Shown in pieces: positions 31,524 through 42,461 of a stretch of DNA of 64,000 nt. The position numbers and the translations under genes are program-made. Numbering within the stretch: the first letter of the stretch is position 1; each line of letters begins with the position of its first letter. The notes below the pieces were generated by a model. The model was not told the origin of the DNA. It was given only the letters and a program-made list of their open reading frames with translations, and made no database searches. The DNA is from an uncultured Campylobacterales bacterium (GTDB lineage: Bacteria; Campylobacterota; Campylobacteria; Campylobacterales; Sulfurimonadaceae), in the NCBI GenBank assembly GCA_903885085.1, contig CAISHH010000154.1, positions 1,694 through 65,693 of the forward strand, written 5' to 3'.

Positions 31524-32813
31524 TTAAGATTCTTTGTAAGTATCTCTTGCAAAGATAAAACGGTTGATACCGTTGTCATACTCATAAGCTAACACTTGCT
31601 TATGAGCTTTTAATATTGAATCCACAAGATATAAACCCAAACCAAAACTGTTTTGTGATGAAGACTCTTTTGTAAATGGTTCTATATAAAAGTTAAGTGG
31701 ATACTTCAGCCTCGCGCCTTTGCTTTCAAAACAGAGTTCCGCATCGACGATCACTATGTTAATATGCTTATCTGGCGAATATTTCATCGCATTGTCAATC
31801 ATATTTTTAATAGCAGTCGTATAAAGTCTATAATTTGCCACGAGCTTAGCCGAGCTTTTAATATCAACTTCTATATGCTCAGGTTCCACCATCGACATAT
31901 CTATCGCACCATCTATGATATCTACTATTCTGTATTCGGAAAATTCTTTTCTACTTGTCAGCGAAGTCACCTCTTCTATCATGGCAAAATCATTCACAAG
32001 TGTTTCTAGTCGACCAAAAATAGAGGTAAATCTATCGCGCTGTTTTTGTGATTCAAGCATCTGTGTCGCGATAGTTCCCTTTGCGATGGGAGTTTTAAGC
32101 TCATGCATAATATTGCGTAAGAAAAGAGTCCGAGCGCTCAGCATAGAGTTAATCTTCAGTCTCGCAGTCTCAAGCTCATTGGCGATAACTGCTATTTCAT
32201 CTTTTCCCTTCACTTTAAAAGAGACATTCAAATTTCCCGCACCAAAAAGTGCAATTCTTTGAAATAAGCGTATTAAGGGGCGAAGTCTTTGCAATATAAG
32301 CATAAACGATATGATGATAATAGAGGTAATACTCACATAACTCGAAATTAAACTCCACGGTTTATAGGGTTTAAGCGTCGAATCGATCACCATGATAGAG
32401 CCCATATTTGTACGTATATAAAAATAGATGGCATTTTGATACTGAAGCATCACTGTTTTTACACGCGATGATCCTTGATACATCATATTTGTATTTTCTG
32501 CCAAATCATCATTACGCCTAACATTTCTACTTTCTTGTGTCAGAATCTTCCCTATTTTTAAAATCTGTTGTGCTTTTTTCTCAGGAATCGCAGAAAGATT
32601 ATAGATAGCAAGATTGGCATCAAAAATAGCCGTTGAGCTTTGATTTTGCTGATATTCGTGAAAAAGCTGGGTGATTACAGAGTGTTTTGCGAAGATATTG
32701 GTGACATACCTTGTATAGTTTAGCTGATAAAACTGCCAAAAAACATAACTCACGCTCACGAGCGTTACAAAAAGCGCAAATAAAACGGTGAGTAAAACTG
32801 CGTGGCGTCTCAT
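31524..32813 (-). CDS. Sensor histidine kinase (HAMP-HisKA-HATPase, ArsS-like)
   Basis: Two TM helices, MHELKTP, NAMKY, GLGLYL. Confidence 0.92.
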   Translation of the reverse strand: MRRHAVLLTVLFALFVTLVSVSYVFWQFYQLNYTRYVTNIFAKHSVITQLFHEYQQNQSSTAIFDANLAIYNLSAIPEKKAQQILKIGKILTQESRNVRRNDDLAENTNMMYQGSSRVKTVMLQYQNAIYFYIRTNMGSIMVIDSTLKPYKPWSLISSYVSITSIIIISFMLILQRLRPLIRLFQRIALFGAGNLNVSFKVKGKDEIAVIANELETARLKINSMLSARTLFLRNIMHELKTPIAKGTIATQMLESQKQRDRFTSIFGRLETLVNDFAMIEEVTSLTSRKEFSEYRIVDIIDGAIDMSMVEPEHIEVDIKSSAKLVANYRLYTTAIKNMIDNAMKYSPDKHINIVIVDAELCFESKGARLKYPLNFYIEPFTKESSSQNSFGLGLYLVDSILKAHKQVLAYEYDNGINRFIFARDTYKES

Positions 32814-33472
32814 TTTATGAGTTTATATCCCACGCCTCGAACAGATTCTATGAGTGATTTATCTCCAAGCTTATTTCTAATACGCCCAACCATTACATCG
32901 ATACTTTTATTTGATGAATCTTCATTAATGGCATTGACATTATGGATAAGATCTTCACGTGATACAACATTGCCCTGTTTTTGGATCATATATGACAAGA
33001 TGCCATACTCTGCATTTGTCAGATCAAGCGAACGTCCTTTATAATGTATCTGCATTGAAGAAGTATCACATTTAAAATCACTCTTCATCTCATCTTTTTG
33101 AGATACTTTTGTTTCGTATCTGCGAAGAACAGAGTGAATGCGTGCTTCAAGCTCACGCGGATCATATGGTTTTGGCAGATAATCATCCGCTCCGAGCGCA
33201 AGTGCTGTAACTTTATCTGTCACATCGCTTCTTGCTGAAGAAATAATAATAGGAATATCTTGACGCTCACGGATTGCTTCGCATACTTCCAAACCATCCA
33301 TTCCCGGAAGTGTAAGGTCAAGGATAACCAAATCAAAAGGTTCTAATTTTAAGATACTCACAGCTTTGAAAGGATCATCCTCCGTCACTATCTTAAAATC
33401 AAACTGTTCGAGATACTCTGTGAGTATCTCTGCTAATTCCAAATCATCTTCTATCATAAGTATTTTATTCAT
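32810..33472 (-). CDS. OmpR-family response regulator
   Basis: IEDD, LDLTLP, KPY, VRGVGY. Confidence 0.95.
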   Translation of the reverse strand: MNKILMIEDDLELAEILTEYLEQFDFKIVTEDDPFKAVSILKLEPFDLVILDLTLPGMDGLEVCEAIRERQDIPIIISSARSDVTDKVTALALGADDYLPKPYDPRELEARIHSVLRRYETKVSQKDEMKSDFKCDTSSMQIHYKGRSLDLTNAEYGILSYMIQKQGNVVSREDLIHNVNAINEDSSNKSIDVMVGRIRNKLGDKSLIESVRGVGYKLIK

Positions 33473-33529
33473 AATGATACTTTAACGCATTTCTCTTAAT
33501 GTTTGGATAATAAAGTGATATTCCATTAT

Positions 33530-33544
33530 TGATAACAATTATCA
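33530..33544. promoter_or_regulatory. Fur box
   Basis: TGATAACAATTATCA, one mismatch to the 7-1-7 consensus TGATAATnATTATCA, upstream of porin-feoAB. Confidence 0.85.
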
Positions 33545-33570
33545 TTACAAAAATAAAAGAAGGATTGATT

Positions 33571-34770
33571 GTGAAATTAATAGCAAAAGTTTTTTTGATA
33601 TGCGCATATACTCTTAATCTCTCTGCTCAAACTCAGCTTATAGATATTTTCAAAGATGGGGTGGTGTCAGGACAAATAGACTCTACATACATACAGCAAA
33701 ATTTTCAAAATGCGACAGACACGAACAACTATGCAACCGCGCTTGGCGGAAAACTAAAATATGAAACAGCTTCATTTGAAGGATTCAATACGGCGGTTGC
33801 TTTTTATACCTCGCAAGATATAAATTTTGCCACAGGAGATCGTTCTAAAGGGAAACAAAATAGTGAGCTCTCTTCAGACAAAGGAAGTTATACTCAGGCG
33901 GCTGAAGCTTATATCAATTATGGATATGAAGGTTTCAATCTCCGCGCAGGACGTCAAGTTATTGACACGCCTTTAGCAGATAGCGATTCAATCCGTATCA
34001 TACAAAATACGTTTGAAGCCTACATCGCAACTTATACAAATGATGCATTAACGTTTCAAGCTGGAAAACTTGTAAGCTGGCAAGGTTATGATGCGGGATT
34101 GGAAAATGGTTTTACACCAGTCGGTAAACAAGGCGCTTGGCTAGGCTCTGCCTCTTTTTCAAACAACCTTTTTGATGCAAGTGCATGGTTTTATAATGTA
34201 ACTGATTTTTCAAATCTCTTTTACACAGATGCAGGTACGCACATACACGTCAACAATGATGTACTCTTACATGTAAGGGCGCAATATATCAACGAACAAG
34301 AGTTAAAACAAAGTACAATAAATGCACAACTTTATGGAGTTAAAAGTACAGTCGAATTTGAGGGATTTGCTATAAGTACTGCTTATAACAAAGCTTTAGT
34401 AGGTAAAGATAAAACGAGTTTCAGCGGTTTTGGCGGCGGAGCCTTATATACAAATATGGATACAATGATTTTAAAAGAAATCGCTACAGACCGCGATGCA
34501 GAAGCTTTTGTTGGTGGAATCAGTTATACCTACGATAATATCAAACTCATTTACGCTTATGGAGATTTTCACGGTAGTGCAAATAGTTTAGGAGAAAAAG
34601 CGGATATCATTGAGCATAACATAGGTTTTGAATATAATATCAATAATGATTTGAAACTTTCTGCAATTTATGCAAAAGATATCGATAAGATTGACCCAAA
34701 TAATACACAAACCAATTGGGATAGGGTACAAATAAATATAGCATACAATTTTGGAGGCAAAAGCAAATGA
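33571..34770 (+). CDS. Outer membrane porin (OprD/MOMP-like)
   Basis: Signal peptide, GRQVIDTPL, NTFEAY, near-terminal ..NIAYNF; GTG start after SD AAGGA. Confidence 0.85.
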   Translation: MKLIAKVFLICAYTLNLSAQTQLIDIFKDGVVSGQIDSTYIQQNFQNATDTNNYATALGGKLKYETASFEGFNTAVAFYTSQDINFATGDRSKGKQNSELSSDKGSYTQAAEAYINYGYEGFNLRAGRQVIDTPLADSDSIRIIQNTFEAYIATYTNDALTFQAGKLVSWQGYDAGLENGFTPVGKQGAWLGSASFSNNLFDASAWFYNVTDFSNLFYTDAGTHIHVNNDVLLHVRAQYINEQELKQSTINAQLYGVKSTVEFEGFAISTAYNKALVGKDKTSFSGFGGGALYTNMDTMILKEIATDRDAEAFVGGISYTYDNIKLIYAYGDFHGSANSLGEKADIIEHNIGFEYNINNDLKLSAIYAKDIDKIDPNNTQTNWDRVQINIAYNFGGKSK

Positions 34771-34991
34771 ATCTTTTAGAGTGTAAACAAAATGATATTT
34801 TAGAGGTCGTCAAACTTAATACACAAGGTGAATTAAGACAAAGACTTGTCTCTTTTGGTGTTTTAAAAGGAGCAACCATTAGCTTACTTGGATATTCTCC
34901 GACAAAAAGTACGGTTGAGATCAAAGTGGGCAAGATGAATATAGCGCTTCGCAAAGACGAAGCCAAAGCAATCGAGGTAAAAACAATATGA
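34767..34991 (+). CDS. feoA: Ferrous iron transport protein A
   Basis: RQRLVSFG..KG, IALRKDEA. Confidence 0.93.
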   Translation: MNLLECKQNDILEVVKLNTQGELRQRLVSFGVLKGATISLLGYSPTKSTVEIKVGKMNIALRKDEAKAIEVKTI

Positions 34992-37099
34992 AAAAAATAA
35001 AAATAGCTCTTGTCGGACAACCCAATGTGGGCAAAAGTATGCTCATTAACTCCATCTCAAATGCTCACTTACATGTAGGCAATTTTACGGGTGTTACAGT
35101 TGAAAAGAGTGAAGTGCTTTTCAACTATGAAGGCTATAAAGTCAACATTGTCGATCTTCCAGGGACTTATATGCTGAGTGAATACTCCATCGAAGAGAAA
35201 GTCACTACGAACTTTTTATGTGAAGAAGAGTATGACATCATCGTCAATGTTGTAGATTCCACTAACTTGCAGAGAAATCTTCAGCTCACCTCAGAACTTC
35301 TAAACATGAATAAAAAGCTCGTCATCGCGCTCAACATGAGCGATGAAGCAAAAAAAGAGGGAATTCATATAAATACAAAACTCTTTTCAGAGCTTTTAGG
35401 TGTAAAAACTATTGCTGTTTCTGCGGCTACAAAAGAGGGAATCAAAACATTGCTTGACGCAATTATTCAAACTTTTGAAAGCCCTCTTGATGAATCTAAA
35501 CTTATCTTCAGCGAGCCGATAGAAGAAGAGATTGAAAATATCATCACTTGTTTTACAAATCACCATTTTAAATCTCATAACTCTTTTCGACGTATTGCAA
35601 TCAATCTTTTACAAAATAAAGAAAAAACATACAAAAAGATGCATGATGATCCTATTTGGATAGAGCTTCAGCCCATCTTACATGAAGCAAACAAACACTT
35701 TGCATTGCACCATAGAACAGAAGATATTCAAGATATCTTTGCAGAGGAGTATATGGCATTTAATAAAGGTATTGTCGCAGAAGTACTGACACAGGATAAT
35801 TTAGTCCTTCAAGAGATAAGCACAACAGATAAAATAGATAAAATCCTTATTCATCCCGTTCTTGGAATCCCGATTTTTCTCTTTTTGATGTGGGGACTTT
35901 TCCAACTAACCTTTACACTTGGTTCTATCCCGATGGTATGGATTGATGAATTTTTTAAATGGTTTGGAACCGTTGTTGGAGCTACTATTCCTAATGATGA
36001 AGTAAAATCACTCATAGTTGATGGTCTTATTTCCGGTGTTGGCGCAGTCGTAATGTTTGTACCAAATATTGTCATTTTATTTATCGGTATTGCTCTTTTA
36101 GAATCTACGGGTTATATGAGTCGTGTTGCTTTCTTACTTGATGGTTTTTTCCACCGTTTTGGCTTACATGGGCAATCTTTTATCCCTCTAGTCACGGGTT
36201 TTGGATGTTCTATTCCAGCTTATATGAGTGCTAGAATCTTAAAAAATGACCGTGACAGACTTCTCACTCTTTTTATTATCGGGTTTATGAGTTGTGGTGC
36301 AAGACTTCCTGTATATGTTCTTTTTGCTGGAGCTTTCTTTGGTGCCAATAGTGCTGGAAATGTTTTATTTGCCATCTATATTAGCGGTGCAATTATCGGA
36401 CTTATAGCGGCAAAAGTATTAAAGATGACAGCATTTAAAGGCAGAGATGAACCTTTTGTTATGGAGATGCCAAAATATCGTCTTCCATCTTTTTCACTTA
36501 TCTGGCATACAGTTAAGACAAAGACGTACATGTACATCAAAAAGGCAGGAACTTTTATCGCCGCAGCATCAATGCTTGTGTGGTTTTTAAGTAATTATCC
36601 GCATAATGCTCAAATGATTGCAGCTCAAAATGCAAAGATAGATCTCGTAACTAATGCAGAAGAAAAAAAGGCATTGCAAACCTCAATGAGTGAAAATCTT
36701 CTTGAACAAAGTTTTTTAGGTCGCATTGGTAAGTTTATAGAACCTGTATTTCAACCTATCGGAATGGACTGGAAAATGGCTGTTGCTTTGCAAACTGGAC
36801 TTGCTGCTAAAGAGGTTGTCGTCTCTACCCTTGGTGTTTTATATTCCGTAGGAGCCGATGCGGATGAGCATAATGACGGATTAATGCAAAGGTTACATGC
36901 AAATATCTCTTTTGCTTCAGCGGTAGCATTTATCGTCATCATTATGACTTATCTGCCATGTTTTGCTGCAACCACTGTTTTTACAAGAGAAGCTGGCGGC
37001 ATTAAATACGGAGTTTATCTCTTTTTACTCACGACAATAGTCGCATATTCTTTGGCATTTTTAGCATATAAAAGTGTTCTTCTTTTAGGCATTTCGTAG
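34988..37099 (+). CDS. feoB: Ferrous iron transport protein B
   Basis: GQPNVGKS, GVTVE, DLPG, NMSD, GFGC, SCGAR, YLPC. Confidence 0.97.
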   Translation: MKKIKIALVGQPNVGKSMLINSISNAHLHVGNFTGVTVEKSEVLFNYEGYKVNIVDLPGTYMLSEYSIEEKVTTNFLCEEEYDIIVNVVDSTNLQRNLQLTSELLNMNKKLVIALNMSDEAKKEGIHINTKLFSELLGVKTIAVSAATKEGIKTLLDAIIQTFESPLDESKLIFSEPIEEEIENIITCFTNHHFKSHNSFRRIAINLLQNKEKTYKKMHDDPIWIELQPILHEANKHFALHHRTEDIQDIFAEEYMAFNKGIVAEVLTQDNLVLQEISTTDKIDKILIHPVLGIPIFLFLMWGLFQLTFTLGSIPMVWIDEFFKWFGTVVGATIPNDEVKSLIVDGLISGVGAVVMFVPNIVILFIGIALLESTGYMSRVAFLLDGFFHRFGLHGQSFIPLVTGFGCSIPAYMSARILKNDRDRLLTLFIIGFMSCGARLPVYVLFAGAFFGANSAGNVLFAIYISGAIIGLIAAKVLKMTAFKGRDEPFVMEMPKYRLPSFSLIWHTVKTKTYMYIKKAGTFIAAASMLVWFLSNYPHNAQMIAAQNAKIDLVTNAEEKKALQTSMSENLLEQSFLGRIGKFIEPVFQPIGMDWKMAVALQTGLAAKEVVVSTLGVLYSVGADADEHNDGLMQRLHANISFASAVAFIVIIMTYLPCFAATTVFTREAGGIKYGVYLFLLTTIVAYSLAFLAYKSVLLLGIS

Positions 37100-37114
37100 G
37101 TATTTTTTACCTAC
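37096..37114 (+). terminator. Hairpin after feoB
   Basis: GTAGGTA-TTTTT-TACCTAC, followed by the extended -10 TGCTATAAT of the next gene. Confidence 0.45.
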
Positions 37115-37144
37115 TGATGCTATAATTGCGCAAAAAGGACAGAG

Positions 37145-37699
37145 ATGAAATTTTTGTGGCAATCTACTTCTCACTTCAATCTTGCAAACCTCTTTACAAT
37201 GGTCAATATTACAGCTGGTTTGATGGCAACTTACTTTATTACTCAAAACAATTTTTTTCTTGCAATCATCCTAGCGTGGGTTGGAGGAGCTTTTGATATC
37301 TTCGATGGCAAGATCGCTAGAAAATATAAACTTTCAAATGAGTTTGGCATTCAACTTGATAGTTTTGCAGACTTCTTATCTTTTGTTCTTGTTCCGGTAT
37401 TTTTGATCTTTCAAGCGGTATATGCAAAAACTGAGGGAGCGATCATCATAGTCGCTTCTGTTATTAGCATTTACTATGTTATTTCAGGACTTCGACGTCT
37501 TATTCAGTTTAACATCAATGCAGACGCTGGTGAAGTTTCTAAGTTTTTTACAGGCGTACCTACTCCACTTGGTGCCATCTTGCTTTGGCTTGTCTATCTT
37601 GCAAACTCTTACACACTGATCCCTGCAGTCGCTGTTGTTTTTTTAATGGCCCTCATTGGATGGAGTTTAAACTCTACACTTAAAGTTCCACATCCATAA
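37145..37699 (+). CDS. CDP-alcohol phosphatidyltransferase (PssA-like)
   Basis: DIFDGKIAR...FGIQLDSFADFLSF, FTGVPTP. Confidence 0.88.
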   Translation: MKFLWQSTSHFNLANLFTMVNITAGLMATYFITQNNFFLAIILAWVGGAFDIFDGKIARKYKLSNEFGIQLDSFADFLSFVLVPVFLIFQAVYAKTEGAIIIVASVISIYYVISGLRRLIQFNINADAGEVSKFFTGVPTPLGAILLWLVYLANSYTLIPAVAVVFLMALIGWSLNSTLKVPHP

Positions 37700-37717
37700 A
37701 TCAACTAAAGGCTTACT

Positions 37718-39850
37718 ATGAAAAATGTCAGTATCAGCAGAAAGATTCAGATACCCCTAATTATATCTATCCTCATCGGATTTGTGATTATTGCGATCAA
37801 CTATTTTTATTCTATCAACAATATGAAAGATGATATATATAAGAAAGAAAACAGTTCACTGCGTTCGCTCTATACTGATCTTTTTAATAGTAAAAAAGAT
37901 ATTGGCTTAACAAATGCTATTAACATCGCCGAAAACTACTATGCGATAAGAGCTTTAAAAGAAAACGACAGAACTATCGCAATGGACGGTCTTAGTTCTC
38001 TTTCCAAAACATTCAAAGACAATACTGATTTTAATAATGTGAAGATCCATATTCATGATGCCCATATCAAAAGTTTTCTAAGATCTTGGAGTCCCCAAAA
38101 GTATGGTGATGATCTCAGTGGCTTTAGAAAAAGTATAGTTCAAGTAAAAGAAACCAACAAACCTCTTGTGACTATAGAAGTAGGAAAAGCAGGACTAGTT
38201 CTTAGAGGTATCTCGCCTGTCATGGTATCAGGAGCTTATCTGGGCTCAGTGGAATTTATTCAAGGTTTAAACTCTATTATCAGTTCTGCAAAAAAAAGTG
38301 ACAATGTTGATATCATTGTTCTTCTTGATAATAAATATTTATCTACTGCAACAGATCTTAAAGATGCTCCTAAAGTAAATGATTTTACTCTTGCAGTGAA
38401 AAAAGAAGCTATAAATAGTTCCTTTTTTGATGAGCTTTCTGCTGTAGATCCTAAAGATGTTACATCACTTCAAAAATCAAAAAACTATTTTATCTCTTCT
38501 GTGCCTATCAAAGATTTTTCAAACAATGTTGTAGGCTATGCAATGGTTGGTAAACTTAAAACTGAAGTTGAAGCAACGATTCAAGATTCAGAGAGATCAT
38601 TACTAAGACAAATATTTATCGTCGCTTTGATAAATATTTTCATTGTATTATTTTTACTTTTTATCATCAAAAAAGCTGTTATTAATCCTATCGTCAATCT
38701 TGATAAAGTGGCAAAAGAGCTTACTATAGGAGATGCAGATCTTTCTAGGAGACTTCCGATTGTCTCACATGATGAACTAGGGAGTGCAAGTCAAAGCTTT
38801 AATGCCTTCTTGGACATCGTAGAGGGAATCTCGAATGAAGCCAAACGTGAAGCACTCAGAGCACAAGAAATATCTCAACAGATAGCAAAGGCTCAAGAAA
38901 AAAATGAACTAAATCTTAATCTTTCTCATGAGATGATCTCAGGTTCAGTCTCAAATGCAACAAATCTTCAAACAAGTATGAAAGATAATATTCAAAATGT
39001 AGACCAAGTCAATAAACTCAATGATGAAACGGGAGATATTATCACCAAAGTCACAAAGTCAACTGATGAGATTATCGATAATATTGCCCATATTACAGAG
39101 ATGATCAGTGATTCCAAAAACTCTGCAGATCAGCTTAATACAAATGTTGCAGAGATTTTTAATGTTATCACGCTCATCAAAGATATCTCAGATCAAACAA
39201 ATCTTCTAGCACTCAATGCTGCCATAGAAGCCGCGCGTGCTGGTGAACACGGAAGAGGATTTGCCGTTGTTGCTGATGAAGTAAGAAAACTTGCAGAACG
39301 CACGCAAAAAGCAACAAGTGAAGTGGAAGCCAATATCAGCGTCTTAAAACAAAACTCGATCGCCATGACAGAAAATAGTGAGAGAATCGATCTCTCTGCA
39401 TCAGAGTCTCAAAGCAAACTCGACGCATTTAAAATCACGCTCCACGAAATGATTCGAAATGTAAATAAAATCAAAGATGATAGTCAAAAAATAGGGTATG
39501 AACTCTTTGCAAATATGGCAAAACTCGATCACATGATCTTTAAATCTACTTCTTACTCAACAGTATTAGATGGAAAAGTAGATAAAAATCTTAATGATCA
39601 CCTTACATGTAATCTTGGAAAATGGTATAACGCGGAGGGCAGAGAGTTGTTTTCACATAGTTCTGCATTTACTACTATAGAAAAGCCGCATGCAACCATT
39701 CATGGAAATATCAAAAAAGCAATGGAGCTTCTCGAAAGAGGTAATGCAACGAATACAGAAATTGTAAATTTATTTAAAGAATCAGAATTAGCATCACAGG
39801 AGCTGTTTGGATATCTTGACTCAATGGTCAAAGATGCTAAAAAGGGCTAG
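37718..39850 (+). CDS. Methyl-accepting chemotaxis protein (Cache-HAMP-MCP-CZB)
   Basis: [53 protein letters not shown]. Confidence 0.95.
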   Translation: MKNVSISRKIQIPLIISILIGFVIIAINYFYSINNMKDDIYKKENSSLRSLYTDLFNSKKDIGLTNAINIAENYYAIRALKENDRTIAMDGLSSLSKTFKDNTDFNNVKIHIHDAHIKSFLRSWSPQKYGDDLSGFRKSIVQVKETNKPLVTIEVGKAGLVLRGISPVMVSGAYLGSVEFIQGLNSIISSAKKSDNVDIIVLLDNKYLSTATDLKDAPKVNDFTLAVKKEAINSSFFDELSAVDPKDVTSLQKSKNYFISSVPIKDFSNNVVGYAMVGKLKTEVEATIQDSERSLLRQIFIVALINIFIVLFLLFIIKKAVINPIVNLDKVAKELTIGDADLSRRLPIVSHDELGSASQSFNAFLDIVEGISNEAKREALRAQEISQQIAKAQEKNELNLNLSHEMISGSVSNATNLQTSMKDNIQNVDQVNKLNDETGDIITKVTKSTDEIIDNIAHITEMISDSKNSADQLNTNVAEIFNVITLIKDISDQTNLLALNAAIEAARAGEHGRGFAVVADEVRKLAERTQKATSEVEANISVLKQNSIAMTENSERIDLSASESQSKLDAFKITLHEMIRNVNKIKDDSQKIGYELFANMAKLDHMIFKSTSYSTVLDGKVDKNLNDHLTCNLGKWYNAEGRELFSHSSAFTTIEKPHATIHGNIKKAMELLERGNATNTEIVNLFKESELASQELFGYLDSMVKDAKKG

Positions 39851-39861
39851 TCGCCCTTTTT
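39839..39861. terminator. Bidirectional terminator overlapping two convergent stops
   Basis: AAAAAGGGC-TAGTC-GCCCTTTTT. Confidence 0.75.
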
Positions 39862-40047
39862 AAATCTACAAGAACCTACAGTAATTGTTTTACCGCTCTT
39901 GCAGATTTCTTTCACATAAGAGAGTGTGCCCTCGGCTGCTTCTTCTCCCACTTCTTCTTTTAGCATTCTCAGTAGATCTTCATCTCTTGTGATCTGCCAA
40001 GTTTTTTCATAGCTATACTGTGTAGCAATTTTCATAACTATTGGCAA
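39847..40047 (-). CDS. Small hypothetical protein
   Basis: 66-aa ORF coupled to the YceI-like gene. Confidence 0.7.
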   Translation of the reverse strand: MPIVMKIATQYSYEKTWQITRDEDLLRMLKEEVGEEAAEGTLSYVKEICKSGKTITVGSCRFKKGD

Positions 40048-40637
40048 TCTGCTTGAATATTCATATTAAAACTGATAGTAACATCTGACCATGTTTTGCC
40101 TTTATGTAGATCATAACATGCTTTGTTAATAGAGGAAAGAGCACCAAGCGCTTTATAGTCACCAAGGTCAATCACACCATCAGCTTGTAAGACACCCTTT
40201 TCATAATTAAATTTCATCTCTGCTGGATGGGAAACATTATTCATCTTGATATCTACAAAGACTACTCCTGTAGTTTTTCCTGTTGCATCCACTTTATCAA
40301 CCTTAAGATCAGTGATTTTTGCCAAGATCTCTTTTTGAGTCATTGTGTTAAAGAAAAAATCAACTAGTTTTTTATCACGCGCCGGATTTGCGCTATCGAC
40401 ACTTCCTGTATTGATATTGACTGTTGCACCTTTTAAAAGAGTTGAGAGATCTTTTGCAAATTTGGTGTTATTTACATACTCGACATTATTAAATTCACCG
40501 CCGACTCCGATTTTGAGTGGTGTCTTATAAGCTTGAAAGCCAACTATAATATCTCCATTTTGCCCATACTCACACGTACCGAAAAGTGAACTTGACAATA
40601 AAACCGCTGTGACAACGCTTATTAAACCTTTATTCAT
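40038..40637 (-). CDS. YceI-family protein
   Basis: Signal peptide, GVGGEF, SVDSANPARD..L. Confidence 0.85.
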   Translation of the reverse strand: MNKGLISVVTAVLLSSSLFGTCEYGQNGDIIVGFQAYKTPLKIGVGGEFNNVEYVNNTKFAKDLSTLLKGATVNINTGSVDSANPARDKKLVDFFFNTMTQKEILAKITDLKVDKVDATGKTTGVVFVDIKMNNVSHPAEMKFNYEKGVLQADGVIDLGDYKALGALSSINKACYDLHKGKTWSDVTISFNMNIQADCQ

Positions 40638-40832
40638 GGCTGACTCCTATTATTTTTTACACATATTATATGCTTTATTTCTTAATTATAAACTAATATA
40701 TATATTAAGCCTTACTTATAAGGTTATTTAGATATAATTCCATTCCGCAAAAAAATGGCGGTAAAATTTAACTAGGGCACCTCTAAACTCTATGCGTAGA
40801 GTTGAGTCGTGTCCTTAAGCAATGGGATTTAC

Positions 40833-42458
40833 ATGCAAGAAGAAACACAAATTCAGGAAACTGAAGCACCAACTATAACTTTTGAATCATTCGGATTCAA
40901 AAAAGATTTACTAAGAGCTATCGATCACGCTGGCTTTAAAGTACCAAGCCCTATCCAAGCAGAAGCTATACCTTTAGTTATGCAAGGTCGTGATATTGTT
41001 GGACAAGCACACACAGGTACAGGTAAAACTGCAGCATTTGGCTTACCAGCATTAAATATGATGGATATGAAATCAGGCGTTGAAATTCTTGTTATCACTC
41101 CGACTCGCGAACTTGCAACTCAGGTAAGTGATGAACTTTTCAAATACGGACGTAACCTAGGCGCAAACACTGTAACAATATTTGGTGGTAGTTCATACAA
41201 CCGTCAACTTGACCTTATCAAACGTGGCGCACAAGTTGTTGTTGCTACACCAGGTCGTTTACTTGACCTTTTAAAACGCAATATGCTTACCAACTTCGCT
41301 CCAAAAATCGTTGTTTTGGATGAAGCGGATGAGATGCTAGATATGGGATTTTTGGATGATATCAATGAAATCTTCACATATCTTCCAACAAGTCGTCAAA
41401 CATTACTATTCTCAGCAACTATGCCTGCACCAATTAAAGTTCTTGCAGAGCGTATTTTACAAAACCCTGCGTTTGTTTCTATCACTAAAGGTGAAACAAC
41501 AAACAAAGATATTACTCAAGAGTATTATGTTATCGAAGAGAGCGAGCGTGATGCTGCAATCATCCGTTTGATGGAATCTGAAGACATGGATAAAGCGATC
41601 GTATTTTGTCGTACAAAACGCGAAGTTGATCGTCTTGCAAATGTTCTTTCAGCTGCAGGATTTATCGCAAACGGTCTTCATGGAGATATGGAACAACGTC
41701 AACGTGAAACTGTTATCAAAGCTGTAAAAGCTGGAAATGTACAAGTTCTTGTAGCAACAGACGTTGCGGCGCGTGGTATACATGTAAATGATATCACTCA
41801 CGTATTTAACTACCATATTCCTTTTGATCCTGAGAGTTATGTTCACCGTATCGGGAGAACTGGCCGTGCTGGTAAAGAGGGAAAAGCGATCACTTTACTA
41901 ACTCCTTTAGAGTTTAAAGAATTGCAACGTATCAAAGCTAAAGTTGGAACAACTATGGCTCACGCTTATATTCCAAGTAAAAATGATATGAAAAAATCAA
42001 CTATCGATACTTTGGTTGCTTCAATCGAAGAACAACATATTTTTGATGAAGCGCATATGATTTTAGACAAACTTAAACAAGATATTGATGAAGAAACAAT
42101 GCTTTTCAAAATGATCTCTATGTTATTAGAAAAACAATCAATCCAAGGGCCAAACAACATCGGTATTCCTGCTGATAGACTTGAAGGAATTCTTGCTCGT
42201 ATCAATAACCGTGGAAACGACAGAGGTGGCGATAGAAATCGTGGCGGCGGACAACGTCGTGGCGGATACAGAGGCAACAACAGTAATAGTAGCCGTCCAA
42301 GCGGAAGCGGTGACAGAAGCCGTTCTGATAGAGACAGAAACAGTGCTGGCGGAGATCGTCCAAGTGGAAGTCGTCCAGACAGAGCTCCACGTGGAGATCG
42401 TCCTGCAGGTGACAGAAACCGTCCAAGCGGCGATAGAAATCGTGGACCAAGAGCGTAA
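40833..42458 (+). CDS. DEAD-box RNA helicase with Arg/Gly/Asp-rich tail
   Basis: AHTGTGKT, PTRELA, TPGR, DEAD, SAT, HRIGRTGR; likely start ATG 40833. Confidence 0.96.
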   Translation: MQEETQIQETEAPTITFESFGFKKDLLRAIDHAGFKVPSPIQAEAIPLVMQGRDIVGQAHTGTGKTAAFGLPALNMMDMKSGVEILVITPTRELATQVSDELFKYGRNLGANTVTIFGGSSYNRQLDLIKRGAQVVVATPGRLLDLLKRNMLTNFAPKIVVLDEADEMLDMGFLDDINEIFTYLPTSRQTLLFSATMPAPIKVLAERILQNPAFVSITKGETTNKDITQEYYVIEESERDAAIIRLMESEDMDKAIVFCRTKREVDRLANVLSAAGFIANGLHGDMEQRQRETVIKAVKAGNVQVLVATDVAARGIHVNDITHVFNYHIPFDPESYVHRIGRTGRAGKEGKAITLLTPLEFKELQRIKAKVGTTMAHAYIPSKNDMKKSTIDTLVASIEEQHIFDEAHMILDKLKQDIDEETMLFKMISMLLEKQSIQGPNNIGIPADRLEGILARINNRGNDRGGDRNRGGGQRRGGYRGNNSNSSRPSGSGDRSRSDRDRNSAGGDRPSGSRPDRAPRGDRPAGDRNRPSGDRNRGPRA

Positions 42459-42461
42459 GCT

